DNA from: Leptogorgia sarmentosa | Lineage: Eukaryota | Length of the DNA: 64,000 bases | Direction: 5' to 3' | Assembly: GCA_964658305.1 (NCBI GenBank) | Contig: OZ210886.1 | Location: 1-64,000, forward strand | In this document: positions 59,578 through 64,000 of the stretch, piece after piece | Layout: each line of letters begins with the position of its first letter | How positions within the stretch are numbered: position 1 is the stretch's first letter | The notes under the pieces: generated by a model | Told to the model about the DNA's origin: nothing | Databases searched by the model: none | What the model saw: the letters and a program-made list of their open reading frames with translations, nothing else | Translations under genes and position numbers: made by a program

Positions 59578-62500
59578 ATGTTTCATTATCCAAGCAAAAC
59601 GTCCAAGTCTGGCCGTGTCGTTCAAAAAGATGTAAGTATGTTTTATTTTGGGAACCAAAATATCACAAGTGTACATCCGGGCGCGGGGTAGGAGAAAAAA
59701 CATGTCAAGGATGGCGATGAAATTATAAAGGCATGAATAAAGTGTGCTGGAATTGCATATCCTCTATTGCATTTATTCACATACTTGCATAACATCCTGG
59801 ACCTTGAGCTTTATAATATGTAAATTCATTAATTACAACTCTCTTCATGTGATAGCTAACGTTATGTCTTCTATCATAGAGGTTTCTGTTGTAAAGCATA
59901 CCATTAGTTGCCACTGGTCCAGCCTTATAATATGGTGTCAACCAAATGTAGTGTAAAATAATGATTTAAGTTCGCAATGGGCCTGGCAGGCAGACTGCAG
60001 ACATCAAGTGCTTCAGATAGCGTGCAAATTTGTAATAATAATACTATCTGACAGTCATGATTTGGCATGTCCGATAGTAATTTTGGCATGAACACTGGAA
60101 ACATGTGCGTGTACGCAGGCGTTGTCAAGCACTTTGTGCACAGAGCTAGTGGTGTCCATTTGCTATATTGCAAAGCTCACATCCCTTGTGTAGATGTGTT
60201 GATGACTTGTGTATTAAAACACATGCATCTGGTACGAGTACTTTCCTGTGGTTATGTACACAGTCATCACATATCTACACATGTACAAAGCTGTACTGGA
60301 GAGGGGTAAATGCCAAAACATGTGCATATATGCAGGATCATTGTACATTGATTTTAAATCGTTGTAATGATTTTAAATTTATACATTACATTATTGCTCT
60401 CATCAAGTGCATGTTGTACAAGATCAACAAGTCATTGACACACTCAAACATGCACAGGAAGTCATAGGGTGACACTGAAGATGTTGTGTCAAACTTAATG
60501 TTTGAGGGAAACTTCAACTCAAATTACTAGCTGTATGTTAATTGGTGCATGTATGTGCATGTATATATGTATATGCATCATATGGGAATATGAAGGCCGA
60601 TAAACATGTGAAATATACATTGATACAACACATTTAAATGCTGTACTACATAGTAGTGTTGATTAAATTTGTGTTATATTCACTTAATAGTGATATTTCA
60701 AAAAAATTGACACTTGTGCCAAACTGACAGAAATTTAGTTTGTAGGGACAGTTTAATATAGTGGTAGGCCTAACAACTTGATGTGCTAAAGGTGTATGTA
60801 TTTTATTTAGTCCATTCAGTCCTGCAAGTATATTTCTTTGTTTAGTCTGGCAATCTTGGTCTACATTACAGTTTTCAAGCTCATGCTACCACTGTGAATG
60901 AAAGACCAATGCCCAGACAGGTATATAATTTATGATATATTATTTTATGAAATTTGTAAAATTTATGATATGTATAGAATTATAATTTCCACACATTCAC
61001 CACCAACCCACCATCATGTTGATCAAAATGTTAAATCTAGAGAACAAGGAGGGAAAATTTACTTGGATTTCATTTGTATTGTGCTGTCTCTGCTGTTCAG
61101 TAATTCCTTATTAATTGTTGTAGAACTCTGGAGAAAAGAAAAGCACAGCAGAAAATGATTACTTGATAATGCCTTCTGTTTCAAACCCCATAATTCATCG
61201 TTCCACAAGATTTCAAATATCACCAAGTACAAACAATGGTAGGAATGAGATATATTGGCACAGATGAAGATCCGGGCTTATACGGATCGAAAGCTTTGCC
61301 ATAATAAAATTACGTGATGTGAACTACAAACTTTATAAATACATATTATTTTCACCATACAACCTGGAAACATTCAAAGAATTAACTGAAAGTAGTCGCA
61401 GTCTTCAGCTAGATTTACGCTACATTGAAGCTAAAGCATTATTTTTCCAGAGTTTTTCACTTCAAGCATATAGTTAGTGACTTGCGCACAATTTGAATCT
61501 TAAACAAACTTTTATTGGTTTATATTTTTGTGATACCCCAAAAAATTGAATATTAAACTTCTTGTTTCGTTATGCAAGTGCACCGAGTACTACCTGAATT
61601 TATTAGCGTATTTTTAGTCTGCGCGAGTTCACTATAGTACGTTTAAGTGGAAAACAGCCTTAATGTGTTAAGTAGCACTTTGGAGCACAATTATCCACCA
61701 ATATTCTTTTTATGTAAAAGATTATGTCTGGCTTTAGAGATTGAATGACGCATTAGAACAGGATCTACATACTGTATACGTCATCCACTCGTGAGAACGA
61801 GGCTCCATAATCCTTTAGATAGAAGCCATCTGTTGCCATATTTTGTTTCTCATTGCATCCCATTTTCCTCCTCATTTCAGAATCCACTCACGTTCAGAGC
61901 TCAGAAGCTCCCGAATTAGTACGTCAAAATACACAGACCTTTCATGATCTTAATAAAGTGCAACGTCAGATTTTGCACCCTGTTCCAGCCAGCATGACGG
62001 ACACTTTCTCATTGACTTCCAGTATAAAACATAAAGAGAGCGGTGTAAGGTTACCAGCACGAAACAACAACAACACAAATCAAGACAAACATTTTGGTGA
62101 TTTACAATTGCCAGGTATTGTCAATATATATATTTGAAAATGTAATGGTACTTTTTGTGCGATTTAAAAATCAGCATCTTGTCGTCAGATTTTCCGTGAT
62201 AGTTGCCGATCGGAATTTGCGGGTAGAATTTATGCTTCCAAACAACTGCACCGCGACTAAGGTCCTGTCACAACGGTGCAAAGTTTATGGCAACTTGCAT
62301 CGCTATTTAACTTGGAAAATACGCGTCTTCATCACGTTTTGCTCAAGGATTCTTCGCATATCAAACCGTCTTCACTAAGAGACCTCGCCTTATACTCATT
62401 TTACGTGCATTAATACGTGCAGTAATTAAGTAGTATGTTACATCCAAAAATCCATTAATGTATCACAATTGTGTACTTTCGTCGTGATATTGGTCTCTTT

Positions 62501-63635
62501 GAAGCCATGAATTAACATCAATTTATAGGAACAGACAACAACTTGATCCGCATTACCTTTTGGGCTGGTAGATTGCTTGCTTTGCCTTATCGATGGTTTC
62601 GAGAACCCCATTCTTCTCCCCGGTGACTCGTTTTAATGTATTTCCCCAGTCAAGTATTTTGTTTATAAATATTCAAACTGCGGACCTGCTAAACCCAATG
62701 ACTATGAATTGATTCGTACAAAACTCATAAATAATTAATAGCATTTGTCATTTTTGAAAGGGTCTGTGCTTCATATGTTTATCAAGTAAATATTTTTACT
62801 GTGAATGAATAACAGAAGACGATACATTGCGTGGTTGGTGGTGTGAACGTGGAGTTTTTAGTTATGTTTTGATGCGTTTGATATAATCTTAAATTAGATG
62901 CGTCATGGAAAAGTTGCCCGTTATTCAGTCCAGCCACTTAGTAACTAGAGCTGACGTTCCACTTGGTATGCAGATATGATATACCTAACTTAGATGTACA
63001 CATTTGTCCTTCATTATGTTTACGAACCCAAAATTTTATTGTATTACACTATACTGTTTGTTCTACAAGGGGCTGCGAACTCGGAACTGCCTTGGCAGTG
63101 CTTGCACAAAAGTTGCCTGATGAAGTTTACTTTTTTCAAAGTCGTGAGATTAACACAGCTTTGTATGGATACAAGTTTTGTAGACGTCTAGCACCAAAAA
63201 GACTTTTCACGTCGAAATCATGGATTCGATCTTTATTGCGGATTCTCTTAGAAACAATCCCTGTACAGAGCACAGAAAGTCATGGCTTTCTTTTGATATT
63301 CCGTCTCCGATGTTTCCTGTAGTAACTGTTTACAGTGTGCATGCTTAATGGCAATGTTTTGTCTGATTTATATGGGCCTTTGTCTCACAGCTGTCTATGT
63401 TTCTACTTATACTCTCACTATTTTAATTTAGCTGCATACTAGTGCGTAATGCAGTATATAAGCAGCTAGTGCATAATGCAATATTTCTTTTCTATCAATC
63501 CTATTTTACGTTTCTTTTGATGTTAATAGGTGATCGTGTTTTATTTACGGAAGCTGCTGCAATGCCAGGCGTTCCTGTAGTGTATCGTTTACCAGAGGAT
63601 CGTCATACTAATCCAGATCGTCTTAATCTGGACAG
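59578..63635 (+). CDS. LRRC49: Leucine-rich repeat-containing protein 49, 5' part (exons 59578-59631, 60846-60920, 61124-61238, 61881-62114, 63530-63635); continues beyond the window
   Basis: The last exon GDRVLFTEAAAMPGVPVVYRLPEDRHTNPDRLNLDR matches the conserved pre-LRR segment of LRRC49 as recalled. Upstream exons join in phase (0,0,1,1) with GT-AG ends. Confidence 0.82.
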
Positions 63636-63829
63636 GTATTGTTTATTGAATCTCTGAAATTGTTGCAGGATGGTTGGAAGTTTGTTGCCTTCACTATACC
63701 TTCACTACCTACTGTGTATTGTTAAATAATCATATGTACACAAATAGAACTGAAACGATATCAAGTACTTTTCTGTGATTGTATCGCTCTGACATTTCCA
63801 GCACCATCTACACCGTATTCCTGTGGAAT

Positions 63830-64000
63830 CAGTGGCGCCGGCAAGGGGGGGCAAGGGGGGGCAACTGCCCCCCCCCAATGTTTTCCAAATAGTAGTCTTC
63901 ATTTATATAATGAAAAAAAATGAAAGTGGAAAAGCACAATTATCCAGTGGCGTAGGAAGCCGCGACGGGGTGCAGGGGGGCCGAAATACCTTTCGCCCCC
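63830..64000. mobile_element. hAT-like MITE left ends (nested), truncated by window end
   Basis: CAGTGGCGCCGG at ~63830 and CAGTGGCGTAGG at ~63945, each followed by G/C tracts. They are the same terminus class as 15788-16101. Confidence 0.6.

Overview
AT-rich, intron-rich animal genomic DNA. It looks invertebrate and possibly cnidarian, but the taxon is inference only. The window opens with a ~10 kb G-rich, telomere-motif-containing satellite with higher-order structure (1-10080). A decayed multi-exon gene or lncRNA remnant follows, carrying two copies of a miRNA-like intronic hairpin (~10085-14230). Its right-hand junction holds an exact 42-bp copy of coding sequence from a gene 6.4 kb away. 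Next are a head-to-head pair of secreted SOUL/HEBP-family genes, one with a furin site and a cationic amphipathic helix, and two minimal Penelope-type hammerhead ribozymes. A 79-aa secreted 6-Cys peptide gene sits under a tandemly multiplied upstream region. The most unusual gene is a ~1,100-aa multi-exon gene (27650-38691, minus). Its N-terminus resembles BLTP2/Hobbit/Fmp27 (transmembrane anchor) and its C-terminus resembles VPS13D, making it a candidate short hybrid bridge-like lipid transfer protein. The rest contains kinesin-1 heavy chain, an intronless gamma-glutamyl hydrolase, two inverted ~2 kb 8-bp-TSD DNA transposon copies 94 bp apart in the LRRC49 upstream region, and the 5' exons of LRRC49. 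Exon models were assembled by eye from GT-AG sites and phase. Homology calls come from recalled family motifs, not database searches.
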